Of a stretch of DNA of 64,000 bases, positions 17,892-27,213 are shown in pieces. The notes beneath the pieces are model-generated. The model was not told the origin of the DNA. It saw only the letters and a list, made by a program, of their open reading frames with translations, and did not search any database. The stretch's first letter is position 1. Each line of letters opens with the position of its first letter. Source of the DNA: Patescibacteria group bacterium. GTDB taxonomy: Bacteria; Patescibacteriota; Microgenomatia; UBA10105; UBA927. Location of the stretch: positions 76,466 through 140,465 of the forward strand of contig DATKGN010000008.1 in NCBI GenBank assembly GCA_035510735.1. Reading direction: 5' to 3'. The position numbers and the translations under genes are program-made.

Positions 17892-19820
17892 TTAGTACTG
17901 GACCTGATAGATGCGGACTGTCTGATTCTGGAATACCTGAGTGAGCGCCGGATACATCGTCCGCAAATCATCGACCCCGCCTGATATTTCCTGTTCTTCA
18001 GGACCGTAAAAAATATAATTAATGTGCTGAGAGGTTATCCAGCCCATTTCTTCGGCAAGTGTCAACCGTTTGACGTAAAAATTATTGACCGCCGCCATTT
18101 TATCTTCGAGCTGGACGGTATTGGCGTGGCCGACAAATGCGGTATTGCCGGAATAAACGGGAATATAATTTCCGGTCGTCATGCCGGATAATATGATGGC
18201 GCTTCTCGGCGTATTCACTTCAAGCCACACGATCCCGTCGATGATGTCGTGCATAGGATACATGACCTCAGCTCCCGACGGTACAAGCGGAATTGTCGCC
18301 CGGAGTTTGTGATCAACGAAATCCTTGAGCCACATGTAAGAGGACGACATCGTACCCATGCCGAAGAGGATAATGATGAGCGGAATAATAAGAATGACAC
18401 GCGCGGGGAGGTTTGTTTTTTCGAGCACTGTCACTGCGCGGGTTCTGGAAGCGGGTCCTGCCTCGGGCTTTCCCTCAAGAATACCCACAAGGGGACCCCT
18501 TCTTGGGGGTCCTCCAGCCCGCGTCACCCGCTCACCAAGCACTGACGGATGCGCAGAAAAAAGCAAACCGACCTTAGCGCGCGTATACAATTCATAAAAT
18601 AAATATGCTGTCAGAATTGCAAGCGGCACGTGCGGAGCCATCTGGGTAAACCGCGTCGGCGACTGGGCCGGAATTTTTTCAAATACGAACAAAAAGACGA
18701 GCCACGATGCAATCCACGCGATAAATACGCTGAATTTCGCGAACACATTCCACCGACGCAAAATGATAATAAGGAGGATCGCCAATAACCCCAAGGGCAG
18801 CGTCGGCCCCATCGCCATAAAATATTCAATCATAGAAAATTTCGTCGGATGAAGGACGTCGAATTCCGCAAGCCGTTTCCACGGATATTGAGACAGGAGA
18901 AGCGCAAAGTAGATAAATGTGGGCCCTGAAAGAACACCGAACACGAACCGTCCAAAGAGATCTTTTAGAAACCAGGACTTAATAACCGCGAAAGTAATTT
19001 TCCCCCCGCCTCGGCCTCCGAGTCCCCGCTCCCACCAGATTTTCATAAATTCAAAAAACGTAATGACTCCTAACACGCCATAAATAAACAGAAGTCCGGG
19101 TGGAAAAATAATTCCTAAAACGATACCGACAACGCCTAAAAATATATAATTCCCCGGATGTTTTTTCGAAATGAACCCGCCGGAGAATACCCAAAAAATA
19201 AATACCATCATCGCCTGGGCAAGAGTCACATGCGGCATAAACGTCGTCCGCTGAAGACTGTCCGACATCGTATACCACCCCATCCAGCCGCCAAGCCGTG
19301 GGACGCCTGCAACCACTTCAAACTTCGGCCAGGTCGACGCGGTAACGACAAGAAGAAATGCGATGAACTGCCACAATGGTTCAGTTTTGGGAACGATTCC
19401 CTTATCGCTGAAAAACCACTCAGCCGTCTTCCAGATGACCCAAAGAAGAAGCGCGCCGAAAAATACACGGGCGACATGATACGCAAACCAGATATACGGC
19501 GTCTGCACGTGAGCGTAATCAGCAAGTCTTCCGATAACGACATACATCACCTGCGAAAGTGACGGTGCATGAGGCTCTGATGTATATTTTTCCGTTGCGA
19601 GCCACGCTCCCTCTTTCCCCTCACGTATTCGGGATAAGTAAAGGTTATAGTCGGTTGGAAAGTTGTGGACGAGTTCAAAAAAACGGTCAGCGTGTATGCG
19701 CCCCCGCGCATTCCATTCATAGAACGTCGGCGCCATAGAAAGAAGAATAAAAAAGATAATAAACCCGACAACGATGTATTGAATTTGTGAATTTCCGCTC
19801 GTTCGTTTCATGATAATCAC
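17892..19820 (-). CDS. Polytopic membrane protein, GT-C-like (paralog family A), with an in-frame palindromic insert
   Basis: FPTDYNLYLSRIREG, MPHV, C-terminal IILSGMTTGNYIPVYSG..AFVGH...HINYIFYGPEE. An extra ~55 aa comes from the element at 18410-18569. Confidence 0.68.
   Translation of the reverse strand: MIIMKRTSGNSQIQYIVVGFIIFFILLSMAPTFYEWNARGRIHADRFFELVHNFPTDYNLYLSRIREGKEGAWLATEKYTSEPHAPSLSQVMYVVIGRLADYAHVQTPYIWFAYHVARVFFGALLLWVIWKTAEWFFSDKGIVPKTEPLWQFIAFLLVVTASTWPKFEVVAGVPRLGGWMGWYTMSDSLQRTTFMPHVTLAQAMMVFIFWVFSGGFISKKHPGNYIFLGVVGIVLGIIFPPGLLFIYGVLGVITFFEFMKIWWERGLGGRGGGKITFAVIKSWFLKDLFGRFVFGVLSGPTFIYFALLLSQYPWKRLAEFDVLHPTKFSMIEYFMAMGPTLPLGLLAILLIIILRRWNVFAKFSVFIAWIASWLVFLFVFEKIPAQSPTRFTQMAPHVPLAILTAYLFYELYTRAKVGLLFSAHPSVLGERVTRAGGPPRRGPLVGILEGKPEAGPASRTRAVTVLEKTNLPARVILIIPLIIILFGMGTMSSSYMWLKDFVDHKLRATIPLVPSGAEVMYPMHDIIDGIVWLEVNTPRSAIILSGMTTGNYIPVYSGNTAFVGHANTVQLEDKMAAVNNFYVKRLTLAEEMGWITSQHINYIFYGPEEQEISGGVDDLRTMYPALTQVFQNQTVRIYQVQY
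18410..18569. mobile_element. In-frame palindromic element (RPE/MITE-like), 160 bp
   Basis: Terminal inverted repeats GGTTTGTTTTTT / AAAAAAGCAAACC, inner stems CGCGGGTTCTGGA/TCCAGCCCGCG and GGACCCC/GGGGTCC. GC-rich, and the encoded peptide has no counterpart in the three paralogs. Confidence 0.75.
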
Positions 19821-19895
19821 CCTTGCAACGATCTCACTAATACTCTACAGTCTACTATGCTATAAAGAGAAGGACAACGTACTGAATTTACTGTT

Positions 19896-21500
19896 ATGAA
19901 TCTTATCGTCACCGGAATTATTATCCTTACCACGTTCTTGAACATCAGCAGTTATTTTGTACTCGCGACACGGACACCGCAGTTTACGGTATTTTTAGGA
20001 ACCGTCCACTACCCGATGGATTATCTCGACTACCTTGCATTTATCACGCAGGGGAAAAACCACTGGTTCTTAAGTTATCACGTTTTTACCGGTGAAACCA
20101 CGCGGCTCGAACTGTTGAATTGGATATACACATTTGGCGGACACATCGGGTCTTTTTTTCATCTCACTGCACCGATCACCTATCAAGTGCTTGTTGTAGT
20201 GGCGAGCGCCGCATATCTGTATATCGCCTACCGGCTCGCATCACTTCTGTTTCCGACAAACAAAACCACCAGGCTTATCGCCTATATTCTCTTTTTGTTA
20301 AGCAATGAGTTTCCTAAAATTTATGCAGATCACGGAATTTGGATATTCTCTTACTTTTACCCCTGGAATAACATTGGAGAACCGCTTGTCCGGCTGACCA
20401 ACGTACCGCATCATCTGTTCATCCAGTTCGGCATTATGGCAGCGTTCGTCGCTGGGATTACCTACTGGCTCAAGTTAGGAAAAAAGCATCTTATCATCCT
20501 CGCATTCTTAGGATGTTTCGTCGCAAGTATGCAGCCCCTCCAGTGGGCTCTGGTCACCGGGGTTTTGGGGGTAAGCGGTTTGTTTGCCTGGTGGCAAACA
20601 AAAACAGAGGAACGGAGAACTACACTCGTCAAACAGGGATTATTTGCATTTCTTCCGTCCGTTATCTTTTTCCTTTCCGGATTACCCGTTGCCATATATC
20701 TCAAACATCTCTATGTACTTGCGCCCTATGATTACACGCTCATATGGGAAGCAACACAACAGGTGCGGTTAACTATCCTCCAATTTATTATTCTCAACGG
20801 TCCTCTCATGGTACTTGCCATTCTTGCGATCCCGTTCGTCGTTAAGAAAATAACAATACGGGAATTTCCGATTATTTTTTACTCCGTCTTCGTCATCGCC
20901 GTCTTTTTTTCACCGATTCCTGATTATGCAAAAATATTAAACCTCAGGTTTCTCTCCGTCATCCCGACGTTCGCATGCGCGTATCTGGCGGCCCGCCTCA
21001 TCTGGCTTGCCGCCGCAAAAGTTGATCCGAAACGAAAAAACATGCTTGCCTGGTTTTTAAGCATTGTGGCACTATCAATTACCCTTCCGGTCACCGCGAA
21101 CCAGTTTTATAGCCGGACATTAACCGTAGGACCGACGGATGTGAATGCGTACCTGCCCCTTGGAGCATATGAGACATTCAATGTTGCACAGCGGGTCGTT
21201 GGCCCCACAGAAACAGCACTGGTTGAACCATTGTTTTCCGATACATTCGCCGGTTTAACCGGAAAACATGTATTTGTTTCCAATGAATTTGCAACAATTG
21301 ATTACACAAGAAAAATACAGGAAGCCACGGATTTTTATTACAATAAACAGTTATCGGATTCTTATAAAATCGCATGGCTTCACAAAAACCATATTTCATA
21401 TATTTTTACTTATGCGTGGGTGCCGATTTATCTCCCTAATCTTAGCATCGTGTATCAGAATCAATATGCTATATTCTATAAAGTAACAAACGCGAAATGA
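19896..21500 (+). CDS. Polytopic membrane protein, GT-C-like (paralog family A)
   Basis: YPMDYLDYLAFITQG, NVPHH, many TMs, C-terminal GLTGKHVFV...FY...NHISYIF. Confidence 0.65.
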   Translation: MNLIVTGIIILTTFLNISSYFVLATRTPQFTVFLGTVHYPMDYLDYLAFITQGKNHWFLSYHVFTGETTRLELLNWIYTFGGHIGSFFHLTAPITYQVLVVVASAAYLYIAYRLASLLFPTNKTTRLIAYILFLLSNEFPKIYADHGIWIFSYFYPWNNIGEPLVRLTNVPHHLFIQFGIMAAFVAGITYWLKLGKKHLIILAFLGCFVASMQPLQWALVTGVLGVSGLFAWWQTKTEERRTTLVKQGLFAFLPSVIFFLSGLPVAIYLKHLYVLAPYDYTLIWEATQQVRLTILQFIILNGPLMVLAILAIPFVVKKITIREFPIIFYSVFVIAVFFSPIPDYAKILNLRFLSVIPTFACAYLAARLIWLAAAKVDPKRKNMLAWFLSIVALSITLPVTANQFYSRTLTVGPTDVNAYLPLGAYETFNVAQRVVGPTETALVEPLFSDTFAGLTGKHVFVSNEFATIDYTRKIQEATDFYYNKQLSDSYKIAWLHKNHISYIFTYAWVPIYLPNLSIVYQNQYAIFYKVTNAK

Positions 21501-21531
21501 TGATCAAAATATTTACAAAAGTTGTGCTACA

Positions 21532-22299
21532 ATGACGAAAATTATGGATACGGGTGAAAGTGAACAAATTCCGCCGATAAAAAATACCGCGATTATCGCA
21601 ATAGGCGTAAGTGTGGCCGTCATTGCCCTTATCATCCTCCAACATAACCTGGCGTTTCAGGGAGTCGGAACCATCGTCCTTCCGGCCGGCGGCACATATT
21701 TGGGTCCGACGGATACAACAACCCCCGCGCCTGCGATTACGACACCCGCACCGGTTGCGCCAACGGTAACCGTATCAACAACTCCGACCGCACCGACTAA
21801 AAACGGCACATACACGACCGCACAGGGTAAATTTGCCGTAACGAAAGATGCCGTATGGGTCACAGTGAAAGGAAATAAATATCCGTATTCATTTAAGAAG
21901 CCGTCAGCGTTAAACCTCGTCACGTTTCCTAATGACCAGTTCGATATCTATGCTATTTCCTGGAACGGACAGCCGCCGGATCAGAATGTACTCATCGGAG
22001 TCGACAATCTCAATAGAACTGATGCATTGAAACAATATATCGATGTATCAAAACGGACATATGTCGAGAACTGGTGGAAACAATTCGGACTGAAAGGAAT
22101 CGGATCGATAACAGAATTTACCAACAGCCACGGCCTCAAAGGCTACCGCGCAAAATTCCTCAATAGTGCGGGCCAGACTCCTAATGATGATGTCTTTTTT
22201 GAAACACCAAATCCCATCTACGTCATCCATATCGCAAGTGGCGTACTTGATTCTTCCGTTTTTGATCCGCTCATTGATAGTGTCGCGTGGGGAAAATAA
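21532..22299 (+). CDS. Single-TM surface protein with Pro/Thr-rich stalk and globular (possibly PsbP-like) C-terminal domain
   Basis: N-terminal TM AIIAIGVSVAVIALIIL, stalk TTTPAPAITTPAPVAPTVTVSTTPTAPT, and YSFKKP...GLKGYR...FDPLIDSV pattern. Confidence 0.6.
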   Translation: MTKIMDTGESEQIPPIKNTAIIAIGVSVAVIALIILQHNLAFQGVGTIVLPAGGTYLGPTDTTTPAPAITTPAPVAPTVTVSTTPTAPTKNGTYTTAQGKFAVTKDAVWVTVKGNKYPYSFKKPSALNLVTFPNDQFDIYAISWNGQPPDQNVLIGVDNLNRTDALKQYIDVSKRTYVENWWKQFGLKGIGSITEFTNSHGLKGYRAKFLNSAGQTPNDDVFFETPNPIYVIHIASGVLDSSVFDPLIDSVAWGK

Positions 22300-22313
22300 T
22301 CCGCTCACTCACT

Positions 22314-24218
22314 ATGAAAAAAGTGTTGACATTTGTCACGAATCCGACTAATTTTCAATTCCTGCTCGGTGTTGCGCTTTTACTCCGGCTTGTTCTCATC
22401 CCGAATCCCGGATTTGAGGCAGACGTGGCTTTCTGGAAATCCTGGGGATTGGCGGTACGCGATTTCGGCATCGTCAAAGGGCTCCCGCTCACGAATTTTA
22501 ATTATCCTTCACCCTTTGCCTACGTTTTGGCGCTTATGGCCGATGTGTACAGCTTTTTTGCCAATCCGCATAATTATAATGAATACTGGAACAACGCCAA
22601 CGTCCTTTTTCTCGCCATCTGCAAAACGCCGTCGATTCTCGCAGACTTCGGCATATTTGCCGTCATTCTCTGGATCGGTAAAAATGCCAAACGCATAGGA
22701 TTCCCCCAGCTCCCCATGCCGTTTTACACGACCCTCGCATTTATCTATCTCTTAAGCCCGCTTGCCATGCTTGACGGCGCGCTTTGGGGCCAGGTGGACA
22801 GCCTCGGCGTCGTTATTTTCCTTATCGCAAACTGCCTCGTCCTCCGGAAAAAACCGTTCCTCGCCGGCATCGTCTATATGATCGCGATGATGACAAAACT
22901 CCAGAATATGATTTACGGCCCGGTATTTTTCCTGTTTATCTGGCAGTACTTGGGATTTGAAGGATTCATGCAGGCGGTCGGCGGAGCGGCGCTCACCTTT
23001 TTCTCACTCAATATTGAATTCGTTTTAAATAGGGATATGTCGCGGGTCGCCGGTGACTTGACCGGCAACTACGATTACTTCCCGTGGATGTCCTTAAACG
23101 CCTATAACGTGTGGTGGATCGTATCGGGCGCACATGGTATGCAGATGTCGGATAAAAATATGGCCATAGGCATCGTAAACGCCAAGACGGTCGGACTTTA
23201 TATGTTTGCCTCAACGTATCTTCTCTCCGTTCTCACGATGCTCAAGGGGAAATTTTTGCCGTCCAACAATAGAGCAATTCAACAATTTAACAATGAAGGC
23301 ACCCTGAATAGTCCGATTGTCTCCCGCGAGCTCCTATTTAGATATTTGAGCGGATTAATAATCGCTGCCTCCGGCTTTTTTCTTTTTCAGACGGAATCCC
23401 ACGACCGGTACGCGTTTCCGGTAATCGTGTTTTTACTGCTCTGGGGGCCATTATGGATCACAAGAAATAAGAAAGAAATAATCGAACGGGAAATCACCCC
23501 CTTATTTACGTCATTTATCGTGGGATATATTCTCATCACGCTTCTCTATTTTTACAATCTTCACAACGCATTTATTCAGAACTACCCTCATAACGGCATT
23601 TCGTTTCTGACGGGACTCAATATTCCCACCCTAACGATTCTTGCTTCCCTTGCACAGATCGGGGTATTTGGCTATTTTCTCTATATATTACGGCGCTATA
23701 TCACAACACCGATTTTTGCATCGTGCGTGGGTATTTGTATCCTTCTTATTATTGCCAAGGATATGCCGCTCATCACGAAAAAACCGGTCTATATCACAAA
23801 ACTTACACCGATCTCAGCGACGGCAGGCTATGGAAGCCGCCAGGTTGATATGCCGGTCATGGCAAGCTTCGGATTTAGCAAATGGGGCTTCTTATCAACC
23901 CAATACGCATTTTACCATCATGGTATCGGCACCCACGCGCCTGCACGCGAGGTGTATGATATCAACCGGAATTTTAAAACACTAACGACGGATGTCGGCA
24001 TCGACACAAACGGCGGGCCTCAGGGAAGCGTCGAGTTTGACGTCTACGGCGACGGAAAACAGCTTTATTCGTCAGGTCTCGTCACGCGGTATCAATTCCC
24101 GAGACACGCAAATATCAATGTCACCGGCGTCAAGACACTCGAACTCATTGTGACAGACGGCGGCAACGGCAATGTCGATGATCACGCGGATTGGCTCAAT
24201 ACACAATTGATACCATAA
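22314..24218 (+). CDS. GT-C mannosyltransferase-like membrane protein fused to a C-terminal NPCBM/NEW2 carbohydrate-binding module
   Basis: FEADVAFW, NYPSP, WGQVDS, SLNAYNVW, HDRY. C-terminal GIGTHA...VGID...GSVEFDVYGDGKQLY...LELIVTDGGNGNVDDHADW is typical of NPCBM. Start MKKVL at 22314. Confidence 0.82.
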   Translation: MKKVLTFVTNPTNFQFLLGVALLLRLVLIPNPGFEADVAFWKSWGLAVRDFGIVKGLPLTNFNYPSPFAYVLALMADVYSFFANPHNYNEYWNNANVLFLAICKTPSILADFGIFAVILWIGKNAKRIGFPQLPMPFYTTLAFIYLLSPLAMLDGALWGQVDSLGVVIFLIANCLVLRKKPFLAGIVYMIAMMTKLQNMIYGPVFFLFIWQYLGFEGFMQAVGGAALTFFSLNIEFVLNRDMSRVAGDLTGNYDYFPWMSLNAYNVWWIVSGAHGMQMSDKNMAIGIVNAKTVGLYMFASTYLLSVLTMLKGKFLPSNNRAIQQFNNEGTLNSPIVSRELLFRYLSGLIIAASGFFLFQTESHDRYAFPVIVFLLLWGPLWITRNKKEIIEREITPLFTSFIVGYILITLLYFYNLHNAFIQNYPHNGISFLTGLNIPTLTILASLAQIGVFGYFLYILRRYITTPIFASCVGICILLIIAKDMPLITKKPVYITKLTPISATAGYGSRQVDMPVMASFGFSKWGFLSTQYAFYHHGIGTHAPAREVYDINRNFKTLTTDVGIDTNGGPQGSVEFDVYGDGKQLYSSGLVTRYQFPRHANINVTGVKTLELIVTDGGNGNVDDHADWLNTQLIP

Positions 24219-24362
24219 ATAAAAAGTTATTTAGTTAGTTTGTTACTTAGTTACTTAGTTTAATGGAGAGTTGAGTAAATAGATTTATATAATGAAATCA
24301 AGCTATGCGAAGGATAAAATTTTATCACAAGCAATAGAAGATATTGCATAAAATAATAAGGA

Positions 24363-24510
24363 GGTTCGCAATACATTTTTGAAGACAACTGCGCGTTTGC
24401 GCTAGACTGAGAGAACGACATGATGGCAAACGCGCATTTAGTGAGGTCGGAAATAACTGATACGTCGAGGGCATCACGCCGAACGGGTCTGAAAAAATGT
24501 GTTGCGAATC
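24363..24510. mobile_element. Intergenic palindromic element (RPE/MITE-like), ~148 bp
   Basis: Terminal IR TTCGCAATACATTTTTGAAGAC / GTCTGAAAAAATGTGTTGCGAA, inner stem TGCGCGTTTGC/GCAAACGCGCA. Confidence 0.75.
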
Positions 24511-24519
24511 TTAAATGAG

Positions 24520-27213
24520 ATGAAAAAACTGACGAAAGAAAAAATAGTTGCACTCATACTCCTCCTCTTTGCCGTGGGATTTAATCTATGGTTGTATAAA
24601 TTGGAGCCGACGGCGACGATTGACCCGAATGACAATGCATTCCAATTCGGTTTGGTTGATAGGACAAACACCATATGGGATTTTGCAATCAAAAAGTGTT
24701 CATCTTCGCTCGGCGGGATTCTCACCTTCCCCATTTGTCAATTCAGCTATCTCGGCGACCACTGGGTCCACAACTGGGCGGATGGATTCAACTTGCCATT
24801 CTACTACTCCCACGTGCCCCAGATCCTTATCGTGGCCTCATGGCGGTTTATCGCCCTTTTTGCGCCTCAGTTGAGCCTATTTACCTATTATCATATAGTT
24901 ATCTACTTATTATTATGTCTCTTCCCCATTTCCGTCTTTATCGCTCTCCGGGTAATGGGCCTCTCGTGGATGACGGCAGGCGTGGGAGCTCTGTTTGCCA
25001 CAAATCTCTCAACCGACGGCCTTTATGGCCTGGACCCGTCATCTTTCCTCTGGCGGGGCTACGGCCTCTCAAGTCAGCTGTTTGCCATGATCTGGCTCCC
25101 GCAGGCTATCGCCTACAGCTACCGGTTCTTCGCCGCTCAGGAGGGTGAGGAAGTCGGGAAACGATTTTTGAGAGAACTGGCGTCCGGACTCAAATATCTT
25201 TGGGTAAAAATGAACAGAGAAGGACGCCATTTAGCGAGCGGGGGAAACTCCAACCCTGTGCAAGAAGCCCAGCGAGCGACTCGAAAAAATTCGTTTCACG
25301 AATTCCTGATACCCGCGATCTTCTATATTACAGCGACAACCGCGGGACACTTGGGAATCGGCATGATCGCCATGCTCTCCGCCGGATTTCTCGGAATCGC
25401 TATTCCCATTATGAAAGTTTTCCGTCAGCAGACGTTCCGTGACGTCGTCGGATCGCTCAGAGAACAAATTATACGCGTCATTATCGTCTGCGGCGTCGCT
25501 ATATTTATTCTCGGCTATTGGATCATCCCGATCTTCATCTACGGCAACTATCACAACATCTCATTCTGGGACCCTGTGTGGAAGTTCAACTCCTATGGAA
25601 CCAAGGAAGTCATGATCCGTCTGTTTAACGGCGACCTCTTTGATTTTGGGCGGCTGCCGATTCTCACCTATCTCTCTATACTTGGAATAATAGTAAGTCT
25701 TAGCGCGGCGAGTTGGAAATTTTTTGAAGATCGCTTCTCGAGCTTAGCAAAATCAGGCAAAACAAAAAGTGAGCCTGTTGCGAGTAGCGGATCGAGAAAA
25801 ATTACCAACTCGCAAAGCCCCAACGAACCGACCTCAGCACGAACTGAGGATTATTCCCCTCTCGCCTTCCTTTTTATTTTCTGGTTATTATTCTACTTCG
25901 GGAGAACCACCTGGGGAGGACTCATCGACCTTATCCCGGGCATGAAAGATTTCCATTTATCCCGGTTTATCGTCGGTCTTCATGCCGCTGGTATGCTCCT
26001 TGCCCCCATCGGGTTTGTGTGGCTTGCCGAATTCGGATCACGAATCACGAATGACGGATTACGGAAACTTACGACGCTTCGTATTAATTATTCGTTTATT
26101 CGCTTATTCGCTTATTTAATTATTGGATTATTGTTAATCCCCCCCGTTTTTCAATGGACCATCACGTACAACACGTTGAATAATGACCTTATCGTGAGAG
26201 CAAACACTAACCACGCGAAAGTGGCGGCAGACGAGCAGAAATTATTTGCAAAACTCAATTCGCTTGAGCCCGCACGCGTGTTTGCCGGACGGGGCGGGAG
26301 CTTCGGCAAGAACTTCCGCGTTGCCGAGACCCCATACTTCATGGATCTGTCCACGTACGGCATTCCTACGACCCTGTGGCTGCCTGAAACATGGTCTATG
26401 AATTCGGACACCGAACAGTTTTTCTCCGAAGATCAGGCAAAAGACTACGATCTTTACAATATGAAATACGTGGCTGCCCCACCGGATCAGACACCGCAGC
26501 CATTTTGGACTCTCATCGATCAGGCGGCGACATGGAAACTCTATAGCGTCCCGACATCAGGTTACTTCACCGTGGGTATAAGGCCTGCCATCGTATCCAT
26601 CAATAAAATCAACTTTTACACCGTTGTCCACCTTTGGGTCCAGTCAGACGCGCACAAAAACGGGCTTTTCCCCGAGTTGACCTTTGATGCATCCTATCCC
26701 AAAACAACCGGTCTCCCGAATTTCAAAATGACCGATGAAGTGACCTATGTAACGCCCGATAAAAAAACACACAATCTGTTTGCCGAACCTCCAATCTACT
26801 TGCCTCCCGGTTTTATGTCGGTCGAACAATTTAACAATACAACAATAAAACAATACAACAATCTGAAGTTGATTGGCCCCGAGAAAAATGATACGAATAT
26901 GATTTTTTCGACGAAGGTAGATGTAGGCACAAATTGCCAACAGTGTCTCGTGATCCTCAAACAAACGTATCATCCATCCTGGCGCGCGTGGGTCGACGGA
27001 AAGCCGGTTAAGCCCATTATCGTCTTCCCCTTCTATATCGGTGTGCAGGTTGGTCAGCCAGGAGTCCATGAAGTAACGCTCGCCTATGAACCGTCACTCA
27101 TGAAAATGGCACTCCTCTATCTTGCGATCATCGCAATCGTTCTCTGGGTGATTGTGATAATATTACGAAGAAAAGATCAGAAATCCCTAACGTCTACGGT
27201 GAAACACGGGTAA
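24520..27213 (+). CDS. YfhO-like large GT-C membrane protein with two in-frame palindromic inserts
   Basis: DPNDNAFQ first loop, W..NWADGFNLPFYYSH, many TMs, YfhO-type C-terminus LKQTYHPSWRAWVDGKP...GVHEVTLAYEP followed by a terminal TM. Start MKKLT at 24520. Confidence 0.75.
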   Translation: MKKLTKEKIVALILLLFAVGFNLWLYKLEPTATIDPNDNAFQFGLVDRTNTIWDFAIKKCSSSLGGILTFPICQFSYLGDHWVHNWADGFNLPFYYSHVPQILIVASWRFIALFAPQLSLFTYYHIVIYLLLCLFPISVFIALRVMGLSWMTAGVGALFATNLSTDGLYGLDPSSFLWRGYGLSSQLFAMIWLPQAIAYSYRFFAAQEGEEVGKRFLRELASGLKYLWVKMNREGRHLASGGNSNPVQEAQRATRKNSFHEFLIPAIFYITATTAGHLGIGMIAMLSAGFLGIAIPIMKVFRQQTFRDVVGSLREQIIRVIIVCGVAIFILGYWIIPIFIYGNYHNISFWDPVWKFNSYGTKEVMIRLFNGDLFDFGRLPILTYLSILGIIVSLSAASWKFFEDRFSSLAKSGKTKSEPVASSGSRKITNSQSPNEPTSARTEDYSPLAFLFIFWLLFYFGRTTWGGLIDLIPGMKDFHLSRFIVGLHAAGMLLAPIGFVWLAEFGSRITNDGLRKLTTLRINYSFIRLFAYLIIGLLLIPPVFQWTITYNTLNNDLIVRANTNHAKVAADEQKLFAKLNSLEPARVFAGRGGSFGKNFRVAETPYFMDLSTYGIPTTLWLPETWSMNSDTEQFFSEDQAKDYDLYNMKYVAAPPDQTPQPFWTLIDQAATWKLYSVPTSGYFTVGIRPAIVSINKINFYTVVHLWVQSDAHKNGLFPELTFDASYPKTTGLPNFKMTDEVTYVTPDKKTHNLFAEPPIYLPPGFMSVEQFNNTTIKQYNNLKLIGPEKNDTNMIFSTKVDVGTNCQQCLVILKQTYHPSWRAWVDGKPVKPIIVFPFYIGVQVGQPGVHEVTLAYEPSLMKMALLYLAIIAIVLWVIVIILRRKDQKSLTSTVKHG
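25148..25307. mobile_element. In-frame palindromic element, 160 bp
   Basis: Terminal IR AGGAAGTCGGGAAACGATTTTT / AAAAAATTCGTTTCACGAATTCCT, inner stem TGGCGTCC/GGACGCCA. Confidence 0.78.
25708..25813. mobile_element. In-frame palindromic element, 106 bp
   Basis: Terminal IR GCGAGTTGG(A)AATTTTT / AAAAATT(A)CCAACTCGC, inner stems GATCGCTTCTCG/CGAGTAGCGGATC and CAGGC/GCCTG. Confidence 0.78.

Noticed and set aside
2582-21500. Calling the family-A membrane proteins oligosaccharyltransferases (AglB/PglB/STT3)
   Set aside because: The layout is similar, but the WWDYG motif is absent at the expected place (VILSGYFTG, IILSGMTTG and similar). The SWWH in 2582..4237 is at another position and is not shared by the paralogs.
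24260-24734. Minus-strand ORFs of 97 and 86 aa
   Set aside because: They overlap the palindromic element and the YfhO-like gene antisense and have no motifs.
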